Numbered from the stretch's first letter, positions 1 to 9,641 are shown. The stretch is DNA of 64,000 bases from Candidatus Latescibacterota bacterium (GCA_965219385.1 CBDCNM010000002.1:220639-284638), one strand, 5' to 3'. The notes: generated from the letters alone by a model not told the origin. A program made the numbers and translations.

Positions 1-1116
1 CGTGGTCTTGCGCGGGTTGACGGGGATATTGCCGCTTTCCATGGCCGAGCGCGCCATGGCCGGGATGCCGCGGGCACGGACCCCCACTTCGCCGAGTTTT
101 TCGGGGATGCCGAGATCCTGATTAAGTTCCCGGACCGCGTCGATGGCGGCCTCGGCGGCCTCGCGTGGATTAAGCTCGTCGGTGTCGGCGCCCAGGGCCG
201 TGGCAATGGCGGCGAATTTCTCGATGCGGGCGGACAGGTTGAATTCCATGACGTAGGGCAGGAGGATGGCATTGGCGGTGCCGTGGTGCACCCCGAAGTG
301 GCCTCCCACCGGGTGCGACATGGCGTGGACGTTGCCCAGACGGGTCTGGGAAAAGGCCATGCCGGCCATGGCGCTGGCGATCAGCATGTTTTCCGAAGCC
401 TCGAGCTCGTGGTCATTGGCACAGGCCAGACGGAGGTTGCCGCCGATGAGCCGGATGGCGGTCAGGGCGATGCCGTCGGTGAGGGGAGTGGCCATCAAGT
501 TGGTATAGGATTCCAGGGCGTGGGTCAGGGCATCCATGCCGGTGGGGGCGCCCATTGAGGCGGGCAGGGCCACGACCAACTCGGGGTCGAGGATGCCGGC
601 CTGGGGCGCGATCTTCCAGCTGATTACCGGATCCTTGCTGCGGGTCTTGAGATTGGTCAGGACGGCAAAGGGGGTGACCTCGCTGCCGGTGCCGTAGGTA
701 GTGGGCACGCAGATCAGGGGCGGCGGATCGGTGGCAAATTTATTGGCCCCCACGTAGCGTTCGATGCGGCCTCCGTTGGTGGCCAGGATGCCGATCATCT
801 TGGCCACATCCATGGGGCTGCCGCCGCCCACGGCCAGGATACCGCTGCACTTTTCCCGGGCGTAGAGGCGGTGCCCGGCATGGACGCAACGCGCGGGTGG
901 ATTGCCCAGAACCCCGTCGAATACCACGTGTGGAATACCAGCCTTGTCCAGGACCCTGGTGGCCTGCTCGACCACGCCGGCGGCCACCAGGCCCTTGTCC
1001 GTGACGGCCAGTAGCTTCTGGTCTTTGGAAAAAAATCTGGACAGCCGGTTTATGGAGCCGGGTCCGTGTACCAGGCGAGTGGGCGAGCGGAAGTCGAAGG
1101 AGGTCTGGAAGGGCAT
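1..1116 (-). CDS. Iron-containing alcohol dehydrogenase (3' end runs off the window; absent from the ORF track)
   Basis: Manual translation from ATG at 1116: MPFQTSFDFRSPTRLVHGPGS...VGGGSPMDVAK...VPTTYGTGSEVT...GMDALTHALE...HAMSHPVG...HHGTANAILLP, which are the Fe-ADH motifs. Confidence 0.93.
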   Translation of the reverse strand, partial: MPFQTSFDFRSPTRLVHGPGSINRLSRFFSKDQKLLAVTDKGLVAAGVVEQATRVLDKAGIPHVVFDGVLGNPPARCVHAGHRLYAREKCSGILAVGGGSPMDVAKMIGILATNGGRIERYVGANKFATDPPPLICVPTTYGTGSEVTPFAVLTNLKTRSKDPVISWKIAPQAGILDPELVVALPASMGAPTGMDALTHALESYTNLMATPLTDGIALTAIRLIGGNLRLACANDHELEASENMLIASAMAGMAFSQTRLGNVHAMSHPVGGHFGVHHGTANAILLPYVMEFNLSARIEKFAAIATALGADTDELNPREAAEAAIDAVRELNQDLGIPEKLGEVGVRARGIPAMARSAMESGNIPVNPRKTT

Positions 1117-1230
1117 ACCGATTTTTCCCTGGGTTTTAGGGTGCGGAAAAGGTTAGAAAAATATGCCTCGAGTGTCAAGACAAAGGATCAGCAGGGCCAG
1201 GGTTGCTCCAATCGCCCGGTATTTTCATCT

Positions 1231-2256
1231 CTAGTCGTCCTCAAAGAGGTGGGTTATTTCATCGGTGGGAAACCGGGGAAGGCTTTCCGTCTGGTCGCCG
1301 CGGTGGAGCACAAGGCCAAAATCAAGGGGGCGTGCCGTGCCGATCCGGGCGCTGCGAATGCCGGCTTCTTTCAGGGCCGCGACCACGGCTGGAGCGGCAT
1401 CTGCACCGCAGCCTATGAGCAGAGCTCCGGAAGAGATGATACCCAGCGGATCGAGATCGAATTCGGCACACAGGCGGGCGGATTCCGGGGCGATGTAGAG
1501 GGCGTCGGCGAAGATCTCCAGGCCGACCTCGGAAGCGGCAGCCAGCTCGAAAAGGCCGGTGGCTACCCCGCCTTCGGTGGGATCGTGCATGGCGTGGAGG
1601 GCGCCGGCCTCAGCGGCGATCCGGGCGTCGCGGACCACGCTGATGCCGGGGTCTTGCAGGTAGTTACCGGACCGTTCGAGGAAGGCCTCGGCATACCCCC
1701 GGTCGAGCAGTTCCCGGCGTTTTTCACGGGCGATGATGGCGGTGGCCTCAATGGCCAGCCCCTTGGTCAAGATCAGGGCGTCGCCGGGCTTGAGGCCCGA
1801 TGAGCGCACCAGGCTTGCCGGCTCGACTTCGCCCAGCATCTGACCGACGACGAGGGGGCGGTCGATGCCGGGCGTGATTTCCGTGTGGCCGCCGCAGACT
1901 GTGATGCCGAGCTGGCCGGCGGCCTGGTGAATGGAGTGGAAGATCGACTCGATCAGGGCGGGCCTGGCCTGGTCGGCGGGCACCAAAATGGTGGCCAGAA
2001 AGAAACGGGGTTGCGCCCCCATGGCCGCAATATCATTGGCGTTGACGTGCACCGCGTACCAACCGATTGCATCCGTGGCAAAGGTGATGGGATCGGTCTT
2101 GGCCACTAGGTAGCGGTCGCCGAATTCGACGACTGCGGCATCCTCGCCCAGGCCAGGAGGCACCACCAGTCGGGGATCCTGGTGGGTGTAGGAGCGGATC
2201 AGGCGCTCCAGTAGATCGTGCGGCAGTTTGCCGGGCGGATAGGAAGTCTGATTCAT
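1231..2256 (-). CDS. AIR synthase (PurM/HypE/ThiL-like) family protein
   Basis: GEDAAV, KTDPITF, VNANDIAAMGA, GGHTE, MHDPTEGG motifs; 4-bp overlap with the upstream cobA-hemD gene. Confidence 0.85.
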   Translation of the reverse strand: MNQTSYPPGKLPHDLLERLIRSYTHQDPRLVVPPGLGEDAAVVEFGDRYLVAKTDPITFATDAIGWYAVHVNANDIAAMGAQPRFFLATILVPADQARPALIESIFHSIHQAAGQLGITVCGGHTEITPGIDRPLVVGQMLGEVEPASLVRSSGLKPGDALILTKGLAIEATAIIAREKRRELLDRGYAEAFLERSGNYLQDPGISVVRDARIAAEAGALHAMHDPTEGGVATGLFELAAASEVGLEIFADALYIAPESARLCAEFDLDPLGIISSGALLIGCGADAAPAVVAALKEAGIRSARIGTARPLDFGLVLHRGDQTESLPRFPTDEITHLFEDD

Positions 2257-3797
2257 GGGATGGGGTCGCTGTAGTGGGCGCAGACGGCCTGGACCAGGGC
2301 CGCAATGCTGCTGTCCTGGGGCTGGATGTCTGCCCGGAGGCCAAGGGTGTGGATGGCCCTGGCTGTGGTGGGGCCGATGCAGGCAACAGTGATGTGTTGC
2401 AGGATTTCCCGGGCGCGTTCGTCTCCGAGCACCTCCTTGAAGTTGTCGACGCTGGATGGGCTGGCAAAAATCACCAGGTCGAGCTGGTTGTCCATAAGAG
2501 CCGGCGGCAGCTCTATCTGGTCGGGGGCGGGGAGGCGATTCTGGTAGGCCACGACCCGCCGGATTGAAGCTCCGCGTTCTTCCAGGCTTTCGGCCAGGAG
2601 GGTGCGGCCGATGGAGGAGGTGGGGAGCAAGATTTCACGGCCCTCCACCGGGATGGGCCCAAAGGCCTCGACCAGGCCCTCCTGGGAGTGTTTTGCAGGG
2701 ATCAGGTCGGGGTACACGCCTTTTGTGCGCAGGTGCTCGGCCGTGGCCAGGCCCACGGCGGCGACGGCGGCTTTGCCAAAGGCGCGGGTATCGCGTCCCA
2801 GGTGGCGCAGGCGTTCGCAGAAAAAATCCACACTGTTGGGACTGGTGAAGACCACCCAGTGGAAGTTTGCCAATCCGGCGATGCTGCGGTCCAGCTCGGT
2901 GCAGTCCTCCGGTGCCTGGATCTGGATCAGAGGCAGGGTCAGGACCTGGGCGCCCTGGGCTTCGAGGAGGAGCTGAAGATCGCCGGCCTGCTCGCGGCTG
3001 CGGGTGATCAGGACCTGTCTGCCGAAGAGCGGCTTGCTCTCGAACCAGTCGAGGTGTCGGCGCAGGCCCACCACCCCGCCGACGATGATCAGGGTCGGCG
3101 ACTGGATGTCCTGCCGGGCGGAGACATCGGTCATGTGCTCCAGGGTGGCCAGCACGGTGCGTTGTCGGGGCCAGGTGCCCCATTCGATCAGGGCCACCGG
3201 GGTGTCCGGGAGGCGGCCGTGGCGCAACAGATCATGGCTGATTTGCGCCAGCTTGCGGACCCCCATGAAGATGACCAGGGTGGTCTCTAACTGGGCCAGT
3301 TTCTCCCAGTCGATGGCCGGGGTGGTACGGGTGGGATCCTCCTGGGCCGTGACCAGAACGGCGGCCCCGGCCAGGCCCCTGTGGGTCAGGGGAATGCCGG
3401 CGTAGGCAGGCACCCCGGCCGCGGCGGTGACACCCGAGACGATCTCGAAAGCGACCCCCGCTTCTCTGAGCACCAGGGCTTCTTCGCCGCCGCGGCCGAA
3501 GACAAAGGGGTCGCCGCCTTTGAGGCGGACGACGACGAGGTTTTGCAAGGCGTGGCGCACCAGCAAGCGGTTGATTTCTTCCTGGGATGGGCCCTGGCGG
3601 CCCCCGCGCTTGCCCACGTATATTTTCTGGCAGTCCGGCGGGCACAATTCAAGGAGGCGGTGGTCCAGAAGATCGTCGTAGAGGACCACGTCGGCGCGCT
3701 CCAGGTAGTGAGCTCCTTTGAGGGTGAGAAGACCAGGGTCACCCGGACCGGCGCCCACGAGGTACACGCATCCCGGGGATGGATCGGGCAGCCTCAT
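2253..3797 (-). CDS. cobA: Fused uroporphyrinogen-III C-methyltransferase / uroporphyrinogen-III synthase (CobA-HemD)
   Basis: VYLVGAGPGDPGLLT, RLKGGDPFVFGRGGEE, then HemD domain (PLFGRQVLITR, FTSPNSV, FASPSSV, CIGPTTA). Confidence 0.95.
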   Translation of the reverse strand: MRLPDPSPGCVYLVGAGPGDPGLLTLKGAHYLERADVVLYDDLLDHRLLELCPPDCQKIYVGKRGGRQGPSQEEINRLLVRHALQNLVVVRLKGGDPFVFGRGGEEALVLREAGVAFEIVSGVTAAAGVPAYAGIPLTHRGLAGAAVLVTAQEDPTRTTPAIDWEKLAQLETTLVIFMGVRKLAQISHDLLRHGRLPDTPVALIEWGTWPRQRTVLATLEHMTDVSARQDIQSPTLIIVGGVVGLRRHLDWFESKPLFGRQVLITRSREQAGDLQLLLEAQGAQVLTLPLIQIQAPEDCTELDRSIAGLANFHWVVFTSPNSVDFFCERLRHLGRDTRAFGKAAVAAVGLATAEHLRTKGVYPDLIPAKHSQEGLVEAFGPIPVEGREILLPTSSIGRTLLAESLEERGASIRRVVAYQNRLPAPDQIELPPALMDNQLDLVIFASPSSVDNFKEVLGDERAREILQHITVACIGPTTARAIHTLGLRADIQPQDSSIAALVQAVCAHYSDPIP

Positions 3798-4717
3798 GCT
3801 GTCGTGCCCGAGTGGTTGAGGATGGTAAAAGCCCCCAGGCGGCCCAGTTCAGCGGCCAGTTCGGCGCCCAGGAGTTCGGCTTCTTCCAGAGGGCCGCTGG
3901 TCTGGGCGCGCAGCAGCCGGGTGCCATCCGGACGAGCCACCAGGCCATCCAGGTACAGGATCGTGCCCTGCGGGCGCGCCCAGGCGGCAATCGGCGCCTG
4001 GCACCCGCCCCCCAGGTGGGCCAGAAGGCTGCGTTCGGCGGTTATAGCTGCAAAGGTAGGGTTGTGATTTACGGCTGCAATCCGGGGAATGTGGGGATCC
4101 CGGCGCCGCATTTGCAACCCCAGGGCGGCCTGCCCTACGGCCGGCAGCACCTGTTCCTGCTCCAGGTAGGCGCTGATCCGTCCTTGCCAGCCCAGGCGGT
4201 GAAGGCCTGCCGCGGCCAGCACAATACCGTCGTATTCGCCCTCTTTGACCTTGTTGATGCGGGTGTCGAGGTTGCCGCGTATATCGGCAAAGCTCAGGTC
4301 CGGCCGCAGGGCCAAAAGCTGGGCCTGGCGTCGCCGGCTGCCCGTGCCGAGCCGGGTACCTGGGGGCAGCCCTTCCAGGTCGGACTTCCAACGGGTTATG
4401 AGTACGTCGCGCACATCCTCCCGAGGAGGGGTGGCCGCCAGCACTAGGTCGGAGTGGAAACGGGTGGGCAGATCCTTGAGACTGTGGACGGCCAAGTCGA
4501 TGCGGCCGTCCAGGAGGGCGTCTTCGATCTCCCGGGTGAAAACCCCCTGGCCGCCGAAGTTGCGCAGGGAACCCCGGGTCGAATCGCCCGTGGTCTGGAT
4601 GATCTCGATCGCGACTTCGAGGCCAGGGTGTCGTTCCAGGAGCAGGGTGCGGACTATGTGGCTCTGAGCCAGTGCGAGCTGGCTGCCGCGGCTGCCGATG
4701 ACGAGTGTTTCTGCCAA
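3794..4717 (-). CDS. hemC: Hydroxymethylbilane synthase (porphobilinogen deaminase)
   Basis: IGSRGSQLALAQ, AVHSLKDLP, IRGNLDTR, GGGCQAPI; start placed at TTG 4717 (the ORF track extends to 4786). Confidence 0.95.
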   Translation of the reverse strand: MAETLVIGSRGSQLALAQSHIVRTLLLERHPGLEVAIEIIQTTGDSTRGSLRNFGGQGVFTREIEDALLDGRIDLAVHSLKDLPTRFHSDLVLAATPPREDVRDVLITRWKSDLEGLPPGTRLGTGSRRRQAQLLALRPDLSFADIRGNLDTRINKVKEGEYDGIVLAAAGLHRLGWQGRISAYLEQEQVLPAVGQAALGLQMRRRDPHIPRIAAVNHNPTFAAITAERSLLAHLGGGCQAPIAAWARPQGTILYLDGLVARPDGTRLLRAQTSGPLEEAELLGAELAAELGRLGAFTILNHSGTTA

Positions 4718-4968
4718 GGCCGGTTCCCCCAAAGTTGCGGTTGCGGTGAACTGGGTTGAATATAGGAAAAGAACGGGCGGGATCAACCGCGGAGGTCGGG
4801 TTTTGAAAGGGAAGGCGAGGGGGCTAAATTTAGAAGGCTTCTCAGAAGGGAGATGCCATCCCGGAGCGAAGGACGGAGCGGGGCAGCTTCAATCGCCTGA
4901 AGGGCAAGCACAGGATTGGTCGAATCCGCTCGGTCGGAAGATGGCACCTCCCTGGATTTTTTTATTTA

Positions 4969-6426
4969 TCAGACATCGAAGTAGAGGGCGAATTCGTGGG
5001 GATGGGGGCGCAAGCGGACCGGGTCGACCTCCTCCTGGCGCTTGTAGGCGATCCAGGCCTGGATCAGATCCGGGCTGAACACCTCGCCCTGGAGCAAAAA
5101 GTCGTGGTCGGCTTCCACCGCCGCCAGCACCGCCTCCAGCGAGCCGGGCGTTTGCGGCACCTGCGCCGCCTCCTCAGGGGCCAGATCATACAGGTCCTTG
5201 TCCAGCGCCGCGCCCGGATCCCGCCGGTTCTGAATCCCGTCCAACCCGGCCATGAGCATGGCCGACAAGGCCAGATACAGGTTGCAACTGGGATCGGGAC
5301 AGCGAAACTCCACCCGCTTGGCCTGGGGACTGGCCGAATACATCGGGATGCGCACCGCCGCCGAGCGGTTGCCCTGCGAATAGGCCAGGTTCACCGGCGC
5401 TTCGTAGCCGGGCACCAGCCGCTTGTAGGAGTTGGTCGTCGGATTGGTGAACGCCAGCAGGGCCGGGGCGTGATGCAACAGCCCGCCAATGTAGTGCAGC
5501 GCCATCTCGCTCAACCCGGCATAGCCCGACCCGGCAAACAGCGGGCGGGCCCCTTTCCACAAACTCTGGTGGGTGTGCATGCCCGTGCCGTTGTCCTCGA
5601 ACAGCGGCTTGGGCATGAACGTGGCGGTCTTGCCGTGCTTGAAGGCCACATTCTTGACCACGTATTTATACAGCATCATCCGATCGGCGCAGGTGAGTAG
5701 GGGACAGTATTTAATGTCGATCTCGCCCTGCCCGGCGGTGCCCACCTCGTGGTGGTGCACCTCCACCTCGATGCCGCACTGGATCATGGTCAGGACCATC
5801 TCCGAGCGCATATCCTGCAGCGAGTCGGTGGGCGGGACGGGGAAATAGCCGCCCTTGTAGTTGGGCTTGTAGCCCAGGTTGGGCTGTTCGGCCCGGCCCG
5901 AATTCCAGCGGCCTTCCACCGAGTCGATCAAGTAATAGCCTTGGTGGGCCGTCTGGTCGAAGCGGATCTCGTCGAAGATGAAAAACTCGGCCTCGGGGCC
6001 GAAAAAGGCGGTGTCGGCCAGGCCGGTCGCCTGCAGGTAGGCGGTGGCGCGCTGGGCCACCCCGCGCGGATCGCGGGGGTAGGCCTGGCGGGTGATGGGG
6101 TCTTGGATGGAGCAGATCAGCGAGAGGGTGGGCACCTGGGTAAACGGGTCCATGATCGCCGTGGTCGGATCGGGCAGGACCAGCATGTCGCTTTCGTTGA
6201 TGGCCTGCCAGCCGCGGATGCTCGACCCATCGAAGCCGAGGCCGTCGGTGAACATGGCCGGTTCCAACTCGGCGGCGGGAATGGAAAAGTGCTGCCAGGT
6301 GCCGGGCAGGTCCACGAACTTGAAGTCCACGATTCGCGCCCCTTCCGAGCGGGCCTTGGCCAGCACCGAGGCGGCCGGTGCCGAGCGTTGGGGACGCGGT
6401 TTGCTCTTGCTCTTGGTCTTTGCCAT
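4969..6426 (-). CDS. glnA: Glutamine synthetase type I
   Basis: [46 protein letters not shown], adenylylation-site-like [10 protein letters not shown] at 6426 after AGGAG. Confidence 0.97.
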   Translation of the reverse strand: MAKTKSKSKPRPQRSAPAASVLAKARSEGARIVDFKFVDLPGTWQHFSIPAAELEPAMFTDGLGFDGSSIRGWQAINESDMLVLPDPTTAIMDPFTQVPTLSLICSIQDPITRQAYPRDPRGVAQRATAYLQATGLADTAFFGPEAEFFIFDEIRFDQTAHQGYYLIDSVEGRWNSGRAEQPNLGYKPNYKGGYFPVPPTDSLQDMRSEMVLTMIQCGIEVEVHHHEVGTAGQGEIDIKYCPLLTCADRMMLYKYVVKNVAFKHGKTATFMPKPLFEDNGTGMHTHQSLWKGARPLFAGSGYAGLSEMALHYIGGLLHHAPALLAFTNPTTNSYKRLVPGYEAPVNLAYSQGNRSAAVRIPMYSASPQAKRVEFRCPDPSCNLYLALSAMLMAGLDGIQNRRDPGAALDKDLYDLAPEEAAQVPQTPGSLEAVLAAVEADHDFLLQGEVFSPDLIQAWIAYKRQEEVDPVRLRPHPHEFALYFDV

Positions 6427-6567
6427 GTGATAACTCCTGCTGGGTAGTGATAGAGAAAGATCGAGACGTCTCACTGCGCTCAAGACGCCCCTTTACAATA
6501 CGACGTGCGGCACCAACTGGTCAATTCCGACTGGTGCCGCACAGTACTCCTCTCGTGAGTCGGGGCC

Positions 6568-7230
6568 CTAAAAACTTTTCCCGAATACGAGGAAGGTGGA
6601 TTCCCGGTCCAGATTAATTATATAGGAAGCCCAATAGTCGCCCTTGGCCATGGAGACGCCCGCATTGGTCACCGGCACCGGCCCGTTCTCGGTGATGTAG
6701 TCGTCAGTGCCCACACCGGCGAAAATACTCACGCCAATACCCTCCATCTCGCCCAGATCGTAGCCCACTTCGGCGTAGATGGAATTCTGCGTCTCGCCGT
6801 CATCATCCTCGGTCTCGAGCACATTGACAGCTCCCGTCAGACTGATAGGGCCCTGACCGAAAGAGACCATGAGCTCGATGGTGTGGCCGCCTTCGCTGCT
6901 GTAATCGAGAAAACTGTCGTCTTCGCTGAGCGCCGGGAAAAAGTAGTCGGTCACGGTAATGGACAGCGAACCGGCCGAATAGGTGATATACAGGTCGTTC
7001 TCATTGGCTGCAGGTGAAGTCAAGGCCCAGGAAGACCAGGCCCCTACTTCCACAGCGCCGGTGGTGTAAAAAAGGTAGGGTTGAACACTGGCGGCATTGC
7101 CAAAATCCGTGCCGCGCCACACATAGCGACTTACCAGATCCGCTCCCAGGCCGACCTCGGCTTGGGCAAGAGCAGGAATCGAAAAAACCAGACCGGCCAG
7201 AACTGCGATGATTGCGATTCGTTTTGCCAC
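6568..7230 (-). CDS. Outer-membrane beta-barrel, TorF-like putative porin
   Basis: Signal peptide (ALA-QA), SRYVWRG and ENDLY motifs, terminal Phe; this family is commonly next to glnK/amtB. Confidence 0.75.
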   Translation of the reverse strand: MAKRIAIIAVLAGLVFSIPALAQAEVGLGADLVSRYVWRGTDFGNAASVQPYLFYTTGAVEVGAWSSWALTSPAANENDLYITYSAGSLSITVTDYFFPALSEDDSFLDYSSEGGHTIELMVSFGQGPISLTGAVNVLETEDDDGETQNSIYAEVGYDLGEMEGIGVSIFAGVGTDDYITENGPVPVTNAGVSMAKGDYWASYIINLDRESTFLVFGKSF

Positions 7231-7300
7231 TTTATCCCTCCATGAATAGTTAGGTTTATATTGAGATTGTTGAGTTTAGGGGTATGCCGGGCCCCCCCTT

Positions 7301-7640
7301 TTACAGGGCGCTCTCGCCGCTTTCGCCGGTAGCGAATGCGCACGGCTTCGGCAATGGGCACGACAAACACCTTGCCGTCTCCCACCTTGCCTGTTTTGGC
7401 GGCCTCGACAATGGCGTTGACCGCCGGATCCCGGTTGCACTCAGAGACCGCTATTTCAACCTTGACCTTGGGTACAAAGTTGATCTGGTACTCGGCCCCC
7501 CTGTAGACCTCCCGGTGACCCCGCTGGCGTCCGAATCCGCGCACTTCGATTACCGACATGCCGGCGATGCCCAGGCTGGCCAGGACCTTTTGTACTTCTT
7601 CGAGTGCAGCCGGCCGCAAGTAAGCTTCTATTTTGTCCAT
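7301..7640 (-). CDS. glnB: P-II nitrogen regulatory protein (GlnB/GlnK) with a +1 frameshift near the 3' end
   Basis: MDKIEAYLRP...GFGRQRG...YRGAEY...TGKVGDGKVFV; one extra base at about 7331 separates ...VRIR from TGESGESAL*; the span of 340 nt equals 112 codons + stop + 1. Confidence 0.92.
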
Positions 7641-7693
7641 CGCTTTTCTCCCTCCTTCCTCATTTGTCCATCGCTTTTCTCCCTCCTTCCTCA
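7632..7693. repeat. Perfect 31-bp tandem duplication covering the RBS and first three codons of the P-II gene
   Basis: TTTGTCCATCGCTTTTCTCCCTCCTTCCTCA at 7632-7662 and 7663-7693. Confidence 0.95.
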
Positions 7694-7800
7694 AATGAGT
7701 ACCGGGGCTGCAGGAGATCAGGGCCGTTCTCTTCCTCTGCGCCAACCCGCAGATTTACTAAGGTAATTGCCTGGACATTGTTGCTTCGGGACAGATTTTA

Positions 7801-7817
7801 AGCAAGGGATGTGCCAG
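7801..7817 (-). promoter_or_regulatory. sigma54 (-24/-12) promoter of the P-II/porin/glnA operon
   Basis: Minus strand CTGGCAC-ATCCC-TTGCT, an exact match to TGGCAC-N5-TTGCW. Confidence 0.9.
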
Positions 7818-7846
7818 AAGGGGTTCAGATCGAGATATAGTATGAT

Positions 7847-7859
7847 TAATATATTGATA
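7847..7859 (-). promoter_or_regulatory. Putative IHF site between enhancer and sigma54 promoter
   Basis: TATCAA-TATA-TTA matches WATCAA-N4-TTR in an AT-rich tract. Confidence 0.6.
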
Positions 7860-7910
7860 ATTAACAGGTTATGGATTTTAAAATAAGAGAGCATAGAGGG
7901 CCATGGAATC

Positions 7911-7950
7911 ACAAAATCGTATGATAAATAAAAAACAATGACAATTTTGT
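7911..7950. promoter_or_regulatory. Putative enhancer: two ACA-N4-YGT boxes 30 bp apart
   Basis: ACAAAATCGT (7911) and ACAATTTTGT (7941); the same pair and spacing recur at 9557/9587. Confidence 0.6.
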
Positions 7951-7960
7951 GAAAAAGAGT

Positions 7961-9511
7961 TTAGGGTTTATACTGCCGTGGGTCAATGCCCAGCTTGTCG
8001 GCGCGGTAGGAAAAAATTCGGGTGGTGGTACCCAACAGGCGTGCGGCCTTGCTCATGTTGCCCCGGGTATTCTTCAGAGCCTCGACCAGGATCTCGCGCT
8101 CGTACGAGGACAACATCATCTCAAACGAGCCGGAAACAGGGGTGCCGGTGGCGTCTGCGGTTTGCAGAGAGGGGGGCAGGTGGTGACCGTGAACCGTGCC
8201 ATCGGTACTGAGGATGACGGCCCGCTCAATGCAGTTTTCCAACTCGCGCACGTTGCCGGGCCAGTGGTAGCTCATCAACATATCGATGGCCGGTGTGGAG
8301 ATCCGCTTCATTTCCACTCCGTGCTGACGGGCGTATTTCTCCAGAAAGTGGTCGGCCAGCAGGAGGATGTCCGACTTGCGTTCGCGCAGCGGCGGCATAA
8401 AGATGGGAAAGACGTTGAGGCGGTAGAACAGGGCTTCCCTGAATCGAGCTTTGGAAACGGCCTGTTCCAGGTCCACATGGGTGGCGGCGACGACGCGGAC
8501 ATCAATGGGGATTGGGTCGGTCCCCCCCAGGCGTTCGACTTCCCGGGCCTGCAGTACCCGCAGCAGTTTGATCTGGATCGAGGGGCTCAATTCGCCGATT
8601 TCGTCCAGGAAGATGGTGCCGCCATTGGCGCGTTCAAAGCGCCCGGGTTTGCTGCTGGTAGCATCGGTAAATGCGCCGCGCTCGTAGCCGAATAATTCGC
8701 TTTCTATCAGGGTCTCCGGCAGGGCTGCGATATGGACCTTGACAAAGGCTTTGGGAGCGCGCAAACTGTTGTAGTGCAGCGCGTCGGCCACCAGTTCCTT
8801 GCCCGTGCCGCTCTCGCCGCGGAGGAGCACCGTAGCATCGCTCTGGGCCACCTGGCCGACCAGATCGCACAGTTCCTGCATGGGACGAGAATTGCCGATG
8901 ATATTGGCCGGGTGGAAGCGCTCGCGCAATTGGTTTTGCAGCCTTTGGTTCTCGTCGAGGAGGCGGGTTTTTTCCTGGCGCGCGGTTTTGCGGGCGGTTA
9001 CGGCCTGGCCGATCATGGCCGAGACGATGGAGAGCAGGCGGACATTTTCCTGCAGGAGGGTGTCATTTTCATAGGGGGTGTCCACGCTCAGGGTGCCGAC
9101 GACGTCCTTTTGCAGGAGGATCGGCACGCAGATGAACGAGGTCTGGGACTTGCTGCCGACCCGCTTGCGGGCCCCTGTGCGGTTGAGGAAGAGGGGTTCG
9201 TTGCTGATGCGGGGTACGATCACTGGTTTGCCGGCTTCGACCACCTTGCCGGTGATGCCTTCGCCGATCTTGTAGCGCCCCTTTTCCATTTCGGGTTTGG
9301 ACAGCCCGTAGGCGATATCGATGGCCACTGCCCCCTCCTCCTGGTGCAAAAGACTGAGGGTGCCCAGCCTCATTTCCATGCGGTCGCACAGCAACTTGAG
9401 GATGTCATAAAGGGTTTCCTCGAAGTTGGTAGCAGCGCCCAGGACCTGCCCAACTTCGTGCAGCGCAGCGACCTGGCGGCGGGCGTATTCCTGGTAGGTT
9501 GGGGTGGACAT
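7961..9511 (-). CDS. NifA-like sigma54 activator (GAF - AAA+ - Fis HTH)
   Basis: N-terminal GAF (GEGITGKVV, SFICVPI), GESGTGKE, GAFTDA, WPGNVRELEN, C-terminal HTH; ATG 9511 after GAGGAG. Confidence 0.92.
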   Translation of the reverse strand: MSTPTYQEYARRQVAALHEVGQVLGAATNFEETLYDILKLLCDRMEMRLGTLSLLHQEEGAVAIDIAYGLSKPEMEKGRYKIGEGITGKVVEAGKPVIVPRISNEPLFLNRTGARKRVGSKSQTSFICVPILLQKDVVGTLSVDTPYENDTLLQENVRLLSIVSAMIGQAVTARKTARQEKTRLLDENQRLQNQLRERFHPANIIGNSRPMQELCDLVGQVAQSDATVLLRGESGTGKELVADALHYNSLRAPKAFVKVHIAALPETLIESELFGYERGAFTDATSSKPGRFERANGGTIFLDEIGELSPSIQIKLLRVLQAREVERLGGTDPIPIDVRVVAATHVDLEQAVSKARFREALFYRLNVFPIFMPPLRERKSDILLLADHFLEKYARQHGVEMKRISTPAIDMLMSYHWPGNVRELENCIERAVILSTDGTVHGHHLPPSLQTADATGTPVSGSFEMMLSSYEREILVEALKNTRGNMSKAARLLGTTTRIFSYRADKLGIDPRQYKP

Positions 9512-9556
9512 AAAGGGCTCCTCACTGAGGAAGGGCAAAAGAACGATCCAGAAAAC

Positions 9557-9596
9557 ACAAAAATGTAATATTAATCAGATATCTTTACAAAATTGT
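9557..9596. promoter_or_regulatory. Putative autoregulatory operator of the NifA-like gene
   Basis: ACAAAAATGT (9557) and ACAAAATTGT (9587), just downstream of a minus-strand TTGACA at 9627-9632. Confidence 0.55.
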
Positions 9597-9641
9597 GAAA
9601 TTAAAATAAAATCCATTTTCCCTGCCTGTCAATGGAGCGGT

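Noticed and set aside
1231..2256. Hydrogenase maturation factor HypE or selenophosphate synthetase SelD
   Set aside because: Lacks the HypE C-terminal PRIC (ends LPRFPTDEITHLFEDD) and the SelD N-terminal Cys/Sec-x-x-Lys motif; left as generic AIR synthase family.
4861..4945. tRNA-Sec or SRP RNA (contains CTTCAA and several stems)
   Set aside because: No T-loop GTTCGA, no acceptor stem or CCA, and no SRP GNRA domain-IV motif; kept only as an unexplained structure.
7961..9511. Evidence for nitrogen fixation (nifA)
   Set aside because: Only the domain architecture is NifA-like; no nif structural genes, and no TGT-N10-ACA site was noticed at the target promoter.
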